Of a stretch of 64,000 nucleotides of DNA, positions 1 through 11,898 are shown one piece after another. The notes beneath the pieces were generated by a model, which made no database searches, was not told where the DNA came from, and saw only the letters and a list, made by a program, of their open reading frames with translations. Numbering within the stretch: position 1 is the first letter of the stretch; each line of letters begins with the position of its first letter. The position numbers were made by a program, and so were the translations under genes. The stretch spans positions 4,318,862 through 4,382,861 of the forward strand of contig SMSO01000025.1 in the NCBI GenBank assembly GCA_004764695.1, read 5' to 3'. This DNA comes from Schizochytrium sp. TIO01 (taxonomy: Eukaryota > Protista > Bigyra: Labyrinthulomycetes).

Positions 1-1526
1 TGAGCTAGACGCAACAAACTCTCCCGATTGTGCGAACCCGACTTCAAGTGGCGGAGTACAGATACAATGTTGTCCATTGCCTGCAAGACTGTTTGCTGAG
101 CCTGATTGATATGATTATCGAAGGCCATGAAATTGATGGCGCCGCCCCCTTCCACGCCTGTGTTTCTTGCTGTTTCTTGGTCAAGCTGATGCTTGAAAAT
201 AACAAAGCGCTCATCAAAATGAAGATCAAGGCTTTTGCATTTTTGCATATATCTTTCAGAACGCAATGTGTCATTCCCGCACTCACGCAGAACAGTAGCT
301 ACTTGAATTGCGATATAGGCACTCTTTGGAAAGTGAGTCTCGACGAGTGCAAGATATGCACCACGGCTCTTTTCCCAAGGAGTATGAGGTAACGGGTGAT
401 GCAATCGCACGATCAGTTCACCAATCATGGGTGAGTCGACGACCGAAAGCTGTATGTGCTTTAATCTGCGAATACGCATCTCGATGAGCGAATCACACAC
501 AAAGAAACATAGAGGGGCACCGACAGCAAATGCCATGAAGGCACCAAACCGCTCTTGGTCGTCTGTATAAGCCAACATTTCAATGACGAGACATAACGTC
601 GAGAAAAAAAATGTTCCATAAACCGCCATCGAAATTTTGTTCAATGTCATGTGGTAGAACGGAAGATAATAATGGTAACCCACGGCCAGTAATAAAGCAC
701 TCAAGACAATTTGTACAGCTAGAATTATGGGGTTGTCAGACCCGATCGCAACAAAAGTGAAACTCATTAAACCTCTGAGAGCAAGGGAAAGTGCGTGAAG
801 CCGTCCATGGACTTTAGCCCCAAGGTCGCCACTTGCAGGGTTACGTTCAATTATGACCAGTACAGCCATGCCTGAAATTGTCATGAAAATAATGATTAGA
901 ACGGCAACTACCGTGCTTAGAATTATGTGAATTGTTGCGCCGCATGTAATGCTTTCACTCAGCTTTGTTGTGCATTGAAAAATCTGCAAGAGGGAATCCA
1001 ATGCTGGTACGTAGAGAACTGTTGTCAAAAGATCCAATGCTATTCTTAAAGGACCAAGCAGCCAGAGTTGCTTTACACCTTCTGTAGCGAATGCATACCC
1101 TACGTATCCTACAACACCGAACGTGCAGGTTACGAATGCGAAGCTTCCCATGAACATGGTCAAAGTGAAGCTTGAGGTTGTTGATGAAATGAAGGAAAGG
1201 TTGCTTGCCTCTAAAATTGGAACAAACTTTTCTTCGACCCAGTCTGACCATGGGAATCCTGCTGATGTATTGAATGTGAAAGATAAGAGCTGGAGAAGGT
1301 TCATAAACTCAATACCCAGAGTAAACCAAATCGATGTTTTGTTTTGCCCTTTTTGCAAGAGGCTAAGGACACCAAGCAGTCCAAATTGAAACTTGCCCAA
1401 CAGTGAACCATATTTGCGAACGTTGCTAATTTCTCCACCAAAGTCGGTCTTCGCTTGGTCTAAGCCGAGGGCTTCATTCAGATATTTGCGCGGGTGAGAT
1501 TTATCAATCATCCTCGAACCTTTCAT
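1..1526 (-). CDS. Partial (3' end runs off the window) tiny macrocysts TmcB/TmcC-like multi-pass membrane protein, >508 aa
   Basis: Manual minus-strand translation from ATG at 1526 (MKGSRMIDKSHPRKYL...) is open down to position 1. It is absent from the ORF track because there is no stop in the window. About 8 hydrophobic segments, including 'GYHYYLPFYH', are followed by a helical region 'HFPKSAYIAI...DLHFDERFVIFKHQ...GAINFMAFDNHINQA', which resembles the N-terminal half of TmcB/C-like proteins. Confidence 0.7.
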   Translation of the reverse strand, partial: MKGSRMIDKSHPRKYLNEALGLDQAKTDFGGEISNVRKYGSLLGKFQFGLLGVLSLLQKGQNKTSIWFTLGIEFMNLLQLLSFTFNTSAGFPWSDWVEEKFVPILEASNLSFISSTTSSFTLTMFMGSFAFVTCTFGVVGYVGYAFATEGVKQLWLLGPLRIALDLLTTVLYVPALDSLLQIFQCTTKLSESITCGATIHIILSTVVAVLIIIFMTISGMAVLVIIERNPASGDLGAKVHGRLHALSLALRGLMSFTFVAIGSDNPIILAVQIVLSALLLAVGYHYYLPFYHMTLNKISMAVYGTFFFSTLCLVIEMLAYTDDQERFGAFMAFAVGAPLCFFVCDSLIEMRIRRLKHIQLSVVDSPMIGELIVRLHHPLPHTPWEKSRGAYLALVETHFPKSAYIAIQVATVLRECGNDTLRSERYMQKCKSLDLHFDERFVIFKHQLDQETARNTGVEGGGAINFMAFDNHINQAQQTVLQAMDNIVSVLRHLKSGSHNRESLLRLA

Positions 1527-4500
1527 TAATTGCTTCGTGGAAGGCTCAACCTAAACAGCTGCCCGCTCCAGAGCAGCAGCGGCAGCAGCAGTAGCTGCAG
1601 CACCCTTGCCGCAGCGTTTGTGCTTTGCTAATAAACACACGTGGTCCCCGTTGATACTGTTCCGTTAGTCACTACTATCGCTTTCCAAGGTGGGAGTACG
1701 AGCAGTCAGACGCTCGAAGTAACAGCTTACAAGCCTCGCTACTGTTCTACCCAAAGGCCTGAAAGAGCAACCACCACGCTTATCTACGCGCGAATGGATG
1801 GCACAAACTAGCCTGGGCAAGCCTAGGTGAATTAGGCAAGCTCTTGATTTGCCTTTCTGCACAGGATTCTAGCCTCAAAGCAGCACGAGGTATCTATCCT
1901 CTGCACTTGCTCAACGATGTCAATTCTCAATCGCCAAATTTTGGCAAGACAAGACAAGACAAGACAATACCTGACTGAATGCCAGTGCTTGTCTAGGCAC
2001 GGAATCGATCGATTGCACTGACGCCGTCCGCCGGAAGCGGAACTCTGAAAATTTTGCAGTCACCAAGGGGAAATTATGATTTACCATGAGCAATGAAAAA
2101 CGCAGGACGTTGACAACATAATAATGTGATGGTCCAAGGTGGTGATCTGCCAAGACGGTGTGCCTTTTGGGAGCTTTCGCAAGTATAACAGCTATTTATC
2201 TATCCACTGACAAATTAAAAGACAGCAGGATAAAAAAGAAGAAAGAAGAAAAGAAAAAGTATAGGACAACGGGAAAGAGAAAGAGGAAGTTAATGGTCCT
2301 GTACTTTAACCTAAAACTAGACAGAAACGGCAAGCCAGGGCGAGTAAGTGTGCTCAATCTTGGCGAGTGGAAGATTGCGACCCTGCACGACTGGCATGTT
2401 TTTCGTGGACAGTTTGTCGACAATAAGCCAAAATAACTTGGCGCTTTCCTTCCGTCTTTATTTTTAATTAACTTTAACTTTTTTTTTTCTTTTTTTTCAA
2501 ATGGAGAATAATAATGGAAAAAATGGCACAAAACCTTTTCAGAAAATGCGCAAACTTTGTAGAATCTCTAGAAACTCATACACAGTCGATATCAACTGTT
2601 CGGTTTAAAGGCCTTTTTCAAGTACAAAAACTCAAGTCAAGTCTCTATGAGCACTATTTTTCATCATTTTCAAATATTAAGAGTAGAGATTTTTTTTTTT
2701 TAAATATATATATATATATATATATTAAGTAAAGGTGCTATTCAAGTGTATGATGCTCATCGAGTTGTCCCATTATTTACACATTATTAACATTTAATTG
2801 TGCTTTTTTGTTCTTTCGCACTTCCTTGTTGTCTCGCTGCTAAGGATTCGGACCCAATTAAAAACGGCTTCTTTCGTAGTTTTTAAAAAGAATAAAAAAA
2901 TGTAGACGCTAAACTTAGGAGACAAGCCTTTGTCCGTTTTTGTGGATAATGCAATGGCACACATGTCCCGTAGTACCAAGTCATGTCAATTGCCAACGCA
3001 TCAATTGAATTCGGGGTTCACAGCCAGTGCATCGCTTGTCTTGAAAAAGATGAACAACCTGGAATTCTTGAATCAACTTGGCCATCACTCTGGGTCGAAA
3101 AGCCACGCAATCATCCAGGTACGTGAGATTGGGTAATCATTTATGTCTGTCAAAGATTTCAGGAGATGTAATACATTCCAAAAGCATGGCAGCAATGACT
3201 GATTTGTATCGCACCCGTATGCATTAAAGCACATTCGCTCTAAATTATTTTCAATGCATAAAGTACCAAGCACATCCTTCGCACTTCCTCATGGCCTAAT
3301 ACTTTATATTATGTATTTTTAATCTTCTTTGTTCATGCACATGGCGATGATTACCCAAGAGCAACCCGAAAGAAAGTGGGTAGGTAGTACGGATCACGTA
3401 TCAATATGTCTTTTCGTCTACTTGCACTTCCTCTAACAACAGAGCCGTTAGTGCTTCCCCCGAGGTCTTGAATTGAGTCGGATTGTATAGGAAGGAATTC
3501 AGAAATATATTGGTGGTACCAAGAAACAATTTTCCTCTAAATGATTGTTCAGTATTCCCTGCGGTGTATCCATTCAAATTTTGTTTGGTCATTATTATTT
3601 AAAGCTAAACCATGATGCAGATCATCTTAAAACTAAGTCATATGCATGTGTTTAGGATCAGGAGATTAAGGCTTCTCTTATATCAAGAGAGGTTTTCAAG
3701 AAGAAGATGATGAGTGCGACCATAACAAGAAAAACTGTGTTGCATGCAATATACCGCTTGAGCTTCTGTACTTAGACTTTGGGGAGGGGGTAGCAAGTTT
3801 TAGAGCCAATCGTATTCCTTCTTGTGTCGAGCTTTCAATGTTTTATATTGAAAGTCAAATAGATTAATAATAAATTGTAATATAGCGTTGGCACTCAGTC
3901 AGACCTTGAGATGTAAAACGGCAAGGGATAACCGTAACTCTTTACTGCAGTCTGGCATAGAAATTGTAGTCAAAAGAGGCTCCAACTTCTCTCTCCAACT
4001 TGAGGTTATTGTTATTTAACTTTGCGAGTTGTCCGTTGCGACTCTTGACGTACTCTTTCGTGTCTTCCCAACAAGCAAGTGATTCTTATATAGAAATGGT
4101 TTTGGTGTTGCTGAGAGCTTCTCCTACAGCAAGAAACCGATTAACCACCCCTATTGGTCGTGGTATGGAATTGGAATGACCCATCTGTTTCATTTGGGGG
4201 TGGTATAAACCCTACGCATTGTTCTCGGCTTTCTGCTCACGAATAGTAGCGCAGGTTTTCAAATGCGCCCCTGTTTGGTCTCCCTGGTCCCATCCCGTTC
4301 AAAGAACGTCCGTAGCAAGCTGGTTCGTCAGAAGATTTCTAAAAATCTCATTGTTTACCTGAAAGGTTACCCTTCCGTGATATGTTTGGTTCCCTCGACA
4401 AGGCATTAGGTTTAAAAAGTGGAGACATCCAACATGCATGCAGTACAATAGATTGCACATTTGATCTATTTCGATACCACGATTACAGGGCACAACGAAG

Positions 4501-5027
4501 CACCTCCGGTTATGTTGGCTTCTTTGCTTGCAATAGAGAAGAGATGCCAATCTTCAGCATTTGGAAAAAAGCACTCATTCTTTTTTTTTTTGTACAATTT
4601 CAGGATTTTTTTTTCTTTTTAATTATTACTATGATCAAATTACTATCTTTAGTGAAAAAAAAAAAAAAAAAGCTTTATTTTCAAATAAAATAAATAAAAT
4701 TTGATGAAGTATAAGATAGACTTAGCATCTGTTATTGATAAATATAGTCTTACAACGGTATTTTTTCTTCTTTTTATTATTTTCTTCTCTTTTTTTAAAC
4801 TAAAAGCCCGTTCCATCTTTACTATGCAAAGAATATTGCGTCAACTTCTTTATTACTTTATAATCAATGAGCGCATTCTCTATGAAAATAGCTTGAACAT
4901 AGCCTTTCTATAGGTGAATAATCGTCTTCTTTTGACGAACATACTATATTCTTTTCAAATGAAAGGATCTTGAAGTGATAGGGAAGAATGAACAGAATGC
5001 CCTGCAGAGGTACACTGCCTTTAGTCA

Positions 5028-5107
5028 CCCCCCCCCCCATTAAAATATTAAATATATATATATATATATAATAAATAAATAAATAAATAAATAAATAAAA
5101 CTGTTAC

Positions 5108-5150
<43 letters not shown>
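5028..5150. repeat. Compound low-complexity tract: C-run, (TA)n, (AAAT)n and a 40-nt poly(A)
   Basis: Directly visible; the A-run spans 5111-5150. Confidence 0.95.
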
Positions 5151-5151
<1 letters not shown>

Positions 5152-7698
5152 AATATCAACAACAATGATCACAACAAGATGTTTTCGTTCTCTTTTCTGA
5201 ATTCCAACAATAGACACATTTGCCCGGCTTTTCTCAGTCAGAGTGTAGCTCGTGCTGAGATATCAGAAGAAGCGTTTTTACTTTTTGAGACTGATTCTCG
5301 AGAGCCTTGAACTGCCGAATCTCAACGAAGACCAACTAGGAAGACGAGATCCTCTACAGCAACGCTGAACCAACCTTAGGATAGCCTAGAGATGATTTTC
5401 GTTTGCGCACCTCTTAAGGCGAACTTGTGTGGTTCGAGAGGCATAATCCAGTGGTACAAGGGAGGATAGGGCACGAGAGTGCGTTTATGAGGTGCCAGGT
5501 TTCTTGACGAACTTATTCATTGCATGTTTTTTGTTTTCTGTTTCGATTTTGACAACACTGTTCTTCCCTCGAACGGCGAAAACTAAAAATAACATATACC
5601 TAGAGAGTGAAATGAAAGCTCTTTCGTTCTTGTAATGCTGTTTTGCCTAAACCTACGAGGTTTTCATTCAGGTGAAACTATCTCTGGTAGTAGTAGTGAC
5701 CTCTCTGAATCGTGGAGGTCTCCTCTTTCCTTTCACATCATAACAGCATAGTATAGATACTAGCCAGAGCAGTATGAAAGGACCATTGTACCATTGTACT
5801 AAGTATTTATCGTCATTATTATTTTAGTTTATTCCGATTATATAGGAGGTACCTGTTGTGCAATTTACTAAAAAGAACAACAGGATTTATCCAGCTCATC
5901 TACTTTTGACTCCGCAAGTTACAACGCTCTCGTAAGCCGAGCGACAATCATGGAAGATATCTCTTGTCTCTCTTCCTAGATGGGTCGTTCACATCTTTTC
6001 ATCTTTTCCGTTATGTCATTGAACAACTCGCCCCGAAGTCATGCATCTGCGCGATCACCAAACGACAAAGGTTCCAAACCGAGGAGATGGTCACAGCTAG
6101 AGATGGCTTCATTTCACTCGAAGTAGGCACTCTTTAGATAATCAGGGCTGATGATAGTAGTATGCATGCTTCAATCATAATCCGGTATTCATTCTTCCGA
6201 GTAATTCTCTAGTCTCTGGAATGCTTACAAGAGATTGGCTGCAAATAGATTCGTTATTGCCGTTTAATTGGTTCAACCTAGTTCCTACTTGTTTTTATTT
6301 AATTTATATGATCTTTTTCCCCTCCTTTTTGTACACTGATTTACTATGCCTCCTTCCTCCGCCGTTCCAACCACGAGCTGAGAATTGCATTTCAAGCTCC
6401 CGTTCGATCATACCTGAATAATGTCTCTGTTTGCTAAATTATGGTGGCATGTCGTGTGACTTCAAAAACAACCTCTTTTGAAGACTCTCTTTCGAAGAGA
6501 TTTGTATCAATGATTATTACTATGAGAATGCTCGAATTGCGCGCTTCTACTGTCTTGACAGCACACTAGGAGATAGTATTTGATCTCCCAGTTCTGTCCT
6601 AATTCCCAGGCAACCAGTTGGTGGTAGGCTTTGATGAGTTGAATTTTAGCAAATGTCACGCCACAGTTACACAGCAAAATGATACTCCTTTAAGATGATC
6701 ATGCATAAGTTAAAGGTGGAGCTTTCAAGGTGCTCCGTTTGTCCCGAGTACTAGTCGACATTGCATTGTTGGTTCGAATGAGCTATTTTATCTCGCTTTC
6801 GAATGCAATTCACGTTCGGAGTTGGTGTCTTATTCTGACACTTCCAAGACGAGACAGCTAAAGTTGATAAACGGCACAGGGACGGATTTTATCAACTGGA
6901 TATGATAAGTTGAACCCCTGAGAAAGTTGTCTTTGTCAGGTGTGGTAAATTTTAGTCGTGGAGCAAAGACCGATAATTGGAAAAGTACCTTACCTTAAAT
7001 CCAAACTGTCATATTCATATATGTTTTAGCTACGCAGATGACTAGTCTCTGCTTTTTGGACAGTCTAGCATCGGGCATTCCAAGGTTGTTATGCGGACAT
7101 TTCGCCCTCTATTGTTTGATTGTGTAACCATATTCACAGCAGACTCCGCTTTATTCATGAATAGTTAGACTAATTCATTGCGCTGACTTGATTTACGTCA
7201 AGTTTACTTGCACATTCTACCTACTTCAATCTCGAATAAAATGAATTGACTTCTATGAAAGTATTTGCTTACTTTGGATTAAACCTATTCGAGATGTTAA
7301 GGTGATTTTAAAGATAGCCTATCTGGTAATAATGTCACTGTGTATATTCCTCAAATGCTTTCACAATTTATTTGATTCTCGAATAGAATTAGAATTATAA
7401 TCGGTGGTTATTCTGTCCAATATAGATTTTTTTCATGGATAATTCCACAAATATCCTCAATTCATTGAAGTCTGACGTTGCCTTCTTTTTTGAAGCACAT
7501 GCTTGACCTGATTATTAGGATATCTTTGTAATAAGTCAGACTTGAGACCCATCGGTGGTTAGTGTTGATTTAATTAGTACCTAATAGTATCTACTTACTA
7601 GTACCAAAGTGAGAATGAATAAATCAATGATTGTACTCCTCTATTTTATGTGGGAATGAATTTCAAGAGCGCAAAGTTGGATTATTCCTCAAGGAACC

Positions 7699-9141
7699 AT
7701 GGACCACTCATCGCGAGACCTATCCGGTCGAAAGCGTAAGCGTGCATCAACACCTACGCCATCCCTTGGCGGTCCGCGCAGACGACCTTTGGGCGCTCGC
7801 GGTGGGCTTGGCGTTGTTCATGGGTTACGACGCCGTGAGATGGGCTCCCACCTCAAGACTGCGTTCTTTGCGAGCGCTCTCAGTCCACGTCCTGTGCTGA
7901 CCTTGGTACAAGCTGTGCGCAGGAATCAACGCCTTCGAAGGTCATCCCTAATGGGTTTTGTAGACCCTGGCTTGCGCCTCATAGCAATGGGCGGTATGGA
8001 AAGCATCGAGATCTGGAACCTTGATGCTAATCGCAAATCACTCGAACTCTTCTTCGAGGTGTCTGTGCCGACGCTGCAAAGCGCTGCGATGCTAGGCAAT
8101 AATTTAAGGTCTGTAAGCGTCACACAGACGGAAGACGGTAGTGCAATGATTGCAGGAATCTGCCGAGAGGAGTGCGATATGCAAATATCGATATTTGCCA
8201 TTTCGCGCGCGTCCCAGCATGTTGCATCATTTATGTACACTATTCCGCGGCGGCTTGAACGGACGTCAGCGCACCTAATTAACGAGGATATGCTAGGCTT
8301 TGATTGGGAAAGCCGTGATCATGTTCTCGTTTTGCCACTTGAACATCACGCACTGTTAGCCACCACGTTTTGCTCTATTGACGACATTGGCAACAAACTC
8401 TCGTTTCCTTCACAGGTCCCATTCTGCCGCTGGCGGTGGATTTCTCCGTGTGCTCCAAATGTACACATGTCAAACTCCTCTCCAGAGACAGCTTTACCGG
8501 AAGACACCACTACCGGCATGATAATCATCGACCAAGTTCGTATTGACATCGAAGCTCTTCTTGCTCGTTCTATCACCCTCAACCTTGGCTTGCATATTCA
8601 GGGCGTTCTCGAAGAAGAACGCCGCCCTGATATTGGACATTGCTGTGAGATAAATGGAGAAGGAGCATGTGCAGCTCTTCGGCGAGCACGAAGGCGTCTT
8701 GCTTCGTTAGGCTCTAAGACTGCCACCCACATAATGCAAGACTTTGAATATAAGTTGCTCAGCGTTTCTGCATCGGGAAAGGTTGTTAATGTAGCATGCG
8801 TAGCACGCCTTCGTCCTCTAAATGAGGCAGAGACACAAAACGTTCGCGATGTTGGCCTTTTGTTGAGCATATGTGTAAAAACGGGCAAGCATCGTATTCT
8901 TCAAAGCCTATCTGCCCCGACGATTCCTCGACTTCGAGATTCGCTAGCAAAGTTTTGCAAGCGCCTACAGAAGTTTCACCCCTTGCCTAGTCGGGTGCAA
9001 AAGACTCAACCACGCTCTGTATCTTTGGAGCATTCGATTCTTTCTCTTGCAAATCTTGAGAGTCCATCTACTCCCCTTTCTATTGTTCATACCCCAGGCA
9101 GTCGGGTAGCAGAAAATCTGGCCTCTTCCTCTGTCAACTGA
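7699..9141 (+). CDS. DCAF15-like (DDB1-CUL4-associated factor) protein, 480 aa
   Basis: Long ATG-initiated ORF with a basic NLS-like start (RKRKR). 'VVHGLRRREMGSHLKTAFFASALSPRPVLTLVQAV...SLMGFVDPGLRLIAM...IEIWNL' parallels the DCAF15 N-terminal helix-loop-helix and GF motif as I recall them. 'QDFEYKLLSV...KVVNV' parallels its C-terminal DYDIxILEV segment. The gene is well supported; the family call is tentative. Confidence 0.55.
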   Translation: MDHSSRDLSGRKRKRASTPTPSLGGPRRRPLGARGGLGVVHGLRRREMGSHLKTAFFASALSPRPVLTLVQAVRRNQRLRRSSLMGFVDPGLRLIAMGGMESIEIWNLDANRKSLELFFEVSVPTLQSAAMLGNNLRSVSVTQTEDGSAMIAGICREECDMQISIFAISRASQHVASFMYTIPRRLERTSAHLINEDMLGFDWESRDHVLVLPLEHHALLATTFCSIDDIGNKLSFPSQVPFCRWRWISPCAPNVHMSNSSPETALPEDTTTGMIIIDQVRIDIEALLARSITLNLGLHIQGVLEEERRPDIGHCCEINGEGACAALRRARRRLASLGSKTATHIMQDFEYKLLSVSASGKVVNVACVARLRPLNEAETQNVRDVGLLLSICVKTGKHRILQSLSAPTIPRLRDSLAKFCKRLQKFHPLPSRVQKTQPRSVSLEHSILSLANLESPSTPLSIVHTPGSRVAENLASSSVN

Positions 9142-10020
9142 TATAGTTACATTTATAATTCATAAAACTGATGATCTGCCCCAAGTCCTCTTCTGCATTA
9201 AGAAACCTGCTTCTCTTCTCACATCGCCATCGCGAAGTAGTGGCAAAAAACTGTCCTACTTAAGATTTAGATGTGCGTACACACATCTAACCTGTCCACG
9301 TTGTATTGCTAGATAAACCTTACTTTGAGGGCCAGAATTCGTACTAAAGTTAGCGCAACAACCCTCCCATTATTTATTTTGCCAACGAATGCAGTTCACG
9401 AAATGTAGCTAGAGCCAGATAATACATACAGTGTGCAGGCGCTCCTACGAAGCTCATCACATCATATCAACTCCAAGGCTTTTCGCGAACGAAGCCGAAT
9501 AAAGAAGAAAGGAAAGAAAAGCTCACTTACTTATTAACCATGATAGGGTTAATCTTAGGCGAGAGGTAGAATAACTCTCTGCCTAAGTACAGTGACAATG
9601 TGAGATATGAAAACGATGAGATCATGAAACAAAATGTCAAACTCCCTTCTTTCACATGCGTAAGTGAAACTCGACATGGTAGAAGTGCTTGGGTTGCGAG
9701 ATTTTCAGGAGACCACGAAAATGCGAATCGAAATACCCTTTGGAGAAGCGGCGAGGAAGGCATTTTTATTTCAGACTTTAAAATGGCGTGAAAATTGACG
9801 TTTTCATAACTTTTTCATTCCAAAGGAAATAAAAGAAGAGGATGTAAAGACAAATCATCCAAATCATCCAAATCATCTTCGGCAGAGCAAACCTCTGTGA
9901 CAGGAAAAGCGCCCGTCTGTGAGGCGCAAGCTCTTAACTGCAAGCTCTGCAACGCAGTCTCAGACATAGATTTCTGCGCAAAGCTTGCCAGTCTCCCCTC
10001 CCGCTGCCCAGACAAGCGCC

Positions 10021-11898
10021 ATGGAGGTGATTTTGCACGTGTATGATCTTAGCGGTGGCATGGCGCGTGCCATGTCACAGTCCATGCTTGGTTTCCACAT
10101 AGACGCTGTGTACCACACGGGCGTGGTCGCTTTTGGTCGCGAGTACTTTTACGGAGGCGGTATCCAGCGCATGGACCATGATGCTGTTGTGCGAACTTTT
10201 GGCCTCACGCCAGTAGAAAAGATCTCGCTTGGAACCACCTCAAAGACGCAGGAGGAATTCCACGATTTCTTGGAGTCAATCAAATCAGATTTCACACCAG
10301 AGAAGTACGATCTTTTCCACAACAACTGTAACAACTTTTCAGATAGAGCTGCGAAGTTCCTGCTTGAAGGTCGCGGAATTCCGGAGCACATCGTGGAGTT
10401 ACCCAGCCGTGTTCTCGACACGCCTCTCGGCAAGATGATCGCACCGATGTACCAAGGAATGCAACAACGCATGCAAAATGAGATGATTCCGTTCAACCAA
10501 ACAACATCTTCCTCTGTAGAGCCTTCGAACTCAAGCTCAACTGCGAACAACGCAAGTGCAAGTGGTGCTCCTACTGCCGCTCCGAAGGATTCACCGTCTT
10601 TGTCGTCGCTGAGTTTAGGCAAGGAGGCCGAAGCCGAGGAAGCTGAATCTGCGGAGGCTGAGGGTATTGAGCTGCGTGTGAAAATATCTACGCAGGAATC
10701 CCCCGTGAAACCAAAGGTGAAGTCCATGATGGCAACCGTGGGTGAGCTGAAGCGCGCTCTTGCACGGGTGTCGGATTATGCTGCTGATGACCAGCGCCTA
10801 ATCTTCAAAGGACAGTTCCTTAAGGACGATGACAAGACTTTGACCTCGTACAACATTTTGGAAAGTGAGGTAATTCACATGGTTCCAAAGCCTGGTGCTG
10901 CTAAGAAGTCTGCTTCTGCTGCGTCTAGCGACGCCAGCAAACCATCTAGCCCATTGGACATTGCTCTAGCTAAACTCAACGAGGCACCAGCGAAGGAGCG
11001 TCTTGTAGCCTTGAAGACGCTTCAGAAAATTGTCCAGAACCTCATTGACTATCCTTTGGAAGCCAAGTACAGGAAAATCAAGCGTGAGAATAAGGCCTTA
11101 ACAAAACGTCTAGCGATCCCGGGAGCTATGGAATGCCTTCTGTCTTTAGGCTTTAAAGAAGATGCTGATGCCGATACAGGTGAGCAACTGTTGGTCCTTG
11201 AGGCATCCGCCGAGGCATGGCAAAAGGTTGTGGATGGAAATGAGAAATTAACGACCCTCGTTGAAAGCCAACAAGAAGAGCAAAAAGCCCCGTCCTCTCA
11301 GGCCCAATCCTCCTCTGGTGCGGGATCGTCTCAGAACTTCGGTGGGGCTATGCCTTTTGGAAACCCATTTGCCGGCTTTCCGATGCCTAGTGCAGGGAAC
11401 GGAGGCATGGGCGACGCTGGCATCAACTCCTTTCAGCAGCAAATGATGCAATCACTTTTGTCAAACCCCGAAATGATGCGTAGTATGCTTCAAATGCCGC
11501 ATATTCAGCAAATGGCTCAAAACAATCCAATGATGGCCCACGCACTTCGGGAAATTCAGGAGAATCCCGAGCACTTACGAAACATGATGAACAACCCTGT
11601 TGTCCAATCTATGATGCAGAATCCTGACATGGCACGTTCATTCATGAATTCCATGGGTGGGATGCCTACCAGTATGCCTGGCGGTATGCCTGGTGGGATG
11701 CCTGGCGGTATGCCTGGTGGGATGCCTGGCGGTATGCCTGGAGGAGCAAATCCATTCAATATGGGCATGGGCGGAAGCGGCGGTACCAATAGCAGCAATG
11801 GTAACGGTGGCAACGGTAGCGGCGGAGGCAATGATTCTCAAATGACTGAGGAGGAGATGATTGAGGAAGCTATCCGGCGCTCACTTCAAGAGCAATAA
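10021..11898 (+). CDS. DeSI/PPPDE-family isopeptidase fused to UBL, PUB, STI1 repeats and a C-terminal UIM, 625 aa
   Basis: PPPDE: '[40 protein letters not shown]' with catalytic His and Cys intact. UBL: '[30 protein letters not shown]'. PUB: '[33 protein letters not shown]'. Met/Gln/Asn-Pro STI1 boxes. UIM: '[16 protein letters not shown]'. First ATG is at 10021; the track starts at an upstream TTG (9985). Confidence 0.9.
   Translation: MEVILHVYDLSGGMARAMSQSMLGFHIDAVYHTGVVAFGREYFYGGGIQRMDHDAVVRTFGLTPVEKISLGTTSKTQEEFHDFLESIKSDFTPEKYDLFHNNCNNFSDRAAKFLLEGRGIPEHIVELPSRVLDTPLGKMIAPMYQGMQQRMQNEMIPFNQTTSSSVEPSNSSSTANNASASGAPTAAPKDSPSLSSLSLGKEAEAEEAESAEAEGIELRVKISTQESPVKPKVKSMMATVGELKRALARVSDYAADDQRLIFKGQFLKDDDKTLTSYNILESEVIHMVPKPGAAKKSASAASSDASKPSSPLDIALAKLNEAPAKERLVALKTLQKIVQNLIDYPLEAKYRKIKRENKALTKRLAIPGAMECLLSLGFKEDADADTGEQLLVLEASAEAWQKVVDGNEKLTTLVESQQEEQKAPSSQAQSSSGAGSSQNFGGAMPFGNPFAGFPMPSAGNGGMGDAGINSFQQQMMQSLLSNPEMMRSMLQMPHIQQMAQNNPMMAHALREIQENPEHLRNMMNNPVVQSMMQNPDMARSFMNSMGGMPTSMPGGMPGGMPGGMPGGMPGGMPGGANPFNMGMGGSGGTNSSNGNGGNGSGGGNDSQMTEEEMIEEAIRRSLQEQ
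11653..11745 (+). repeat. 12-nt coding tandem repeat encoding (GGMP)n
   Basis: ATGCCTGGCGGT/ATGCCTGGTGGG units, about 7 copies, inside the DeSI-like CDS. Confidence 0.9.

Noticed and set aside
5111-5150. Poly(A) tail of a retrocopy or LINE
   Set aside because: No upstream RT ORF or identifiable target-site duplication; the run is embedded in other simple repeats.
5420-6790. GGTTCGA motifs as tRNA T-loops (5431, 6771)
   Set aside because: No cloverleaf or acceptor stem could be built around either motif.
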